Under the pieces are notes generated by a model, which was not told the DNA's origin, ran no database searches, and saw only the letters and a program-made list of their open reading frames with translations. From contig CAWFJP010000030.1 of assembly GCA_963816145.1 (NCBI GenBank), forward strand, positions 556,956 through 620,955: a DNA stretch of 64,000 bases. The letters run 5' to 3'. Both the position numbers and the translations under genes were made by a program. Shown here one piece after another: positions 63,303 through 64,000 of the stretch. Positions within the stretch are counted from its first letter, which is position 1. Every line of letters begins with the position of its first letter. The stretch comes from an uncultured delta proteobacterium (lineage in GTDB: Bacteria; Desulfobacterota; Binatia; UBA9968).

Positions 63303-64000
63303 CTAGTGAGCTTTCGATTTATCCGAGTGCAATAGGGATGGCGCACGCCTAAATCTATCCCAAGCGATACGCGCGGGCATCATGACGCGTCGTCTCACGA
63401 ATCCGCCCGCGCACACCCAACGTTCGCCATATTCAAAAAACTCTTGATCCTCCGCCATCAACCCTACGATTTGTGCACAGATTCCATTGGCTCTCTGATA
63501 ATAGGGAGAGGCTATCATTGGCTTACCGAGGCGGGAACTGAGACTGTAGAGGGACCATCCGCGAAATTCAAAATGCGGTAAGTAGGATCGCAAGCCGTTG
63601 AGTCCTCGGCTAAAATCGACTTCAGCCTCACTTACGACATCTGAACGCCACGCTTCCCAAAGCCCGATCAAAGCGTGACACATTCCATTGAACACACAAT
63701 CAAGCACCGGGCCGGGTATTCTTCGTAAATAACGCCCTGCCAACCTCCCGCCGAAACCCCCCTTTCTCGATCGGGTGGTGAAAACCTAGCCACGTCCGAT
63801 GCGCCAAATCTTCCCATGGATCGGATCCTTCGAGCTGGCACGCTCGCACGAACAACGATAGAGCAAAGCCCTGTGTAATGCTTGAATGCCAGGGAGCTTT
63901 AACCCCTTGCATAGGAAGATCTACCGAGTAGGACCACCCAATTCCTTCTCCTAGAGACACACTATTGTTCTGGAGCCAACGTAAAACACAAATTAGTTGT
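63303..64000 (-). CDS. D-glucuronyl C5-epimerase family protein (C-terminal domain), partial and frameshifted
   Basis: PWHSSITQGFALSLFVRA, YEEYP, VFNGMCHALIGLW, WSLYSL, IASPYYQ; match the GLCE-type WxSxxAQG / YEEYP / VLNG motifs. Confidence 0.75.

Larger units (their letters stand above)
19901..64000. mobile_element. Probable horizontally acquired island (surface polysaccharide + RiPP-like cassette) at the 3' end of selC; right end outside window
   Basis: Visible compositional shift after selC, tRNA relics, paired short direct repeats near the junction, accessory gene content; no integrase in window. Confidence 0.5.

Overview
Bacterial chromosome window with two parts. The left part (1-19.9 kb) is visibly GC-richer core DNA: tandem Rieske oxygenase/ABC solute-binding modules, selA-selB-selD (SelD is itself a selenoprotein, with an in-frame UGA at 8952 and a SECIS hairpin that the ORF track missed), a glycogen operon (malQ-glgB-glgA-glgC-GH57) and tRNA-Sec (selC). 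The Rieske/SBP expansion suggests Candidatus Binatota, but that is inference only. After selC there are degenerate tRNA 3'-half relics, then a visibly AT-richer, island-like, mostly minus-strand cell-surface glycan locus running off the right end. It encodes Wzm/Wzt, glycosyltransferases, heptose genes, a C-methyltransferase, DUF4910, a sulfotransferase, CysD/CysNC, a deacetylase, a glucuronyl C5-epimerase-like protein and a WecA fusion. The best candidate for an undescribed system lies at the distal end of this locus (25.4-29.1 kb). It is a RiPP-like cassette: stand-alone RRE (PqqD family), HPr-kinase-like kinase, a 64-aa precursor whose leader looks like both a twin-arginine signal and a lasso-type YxxP RRE-binding motif, a decayed second kinase, and a nucleotidyltransferase. 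No lasso cyclase or leader peptidase is present in the window. Many genes right of about 18 kb carry single-base indels that are probably sequencing/assembly errors. All family calls come from motif recognition by eye, not database searches.
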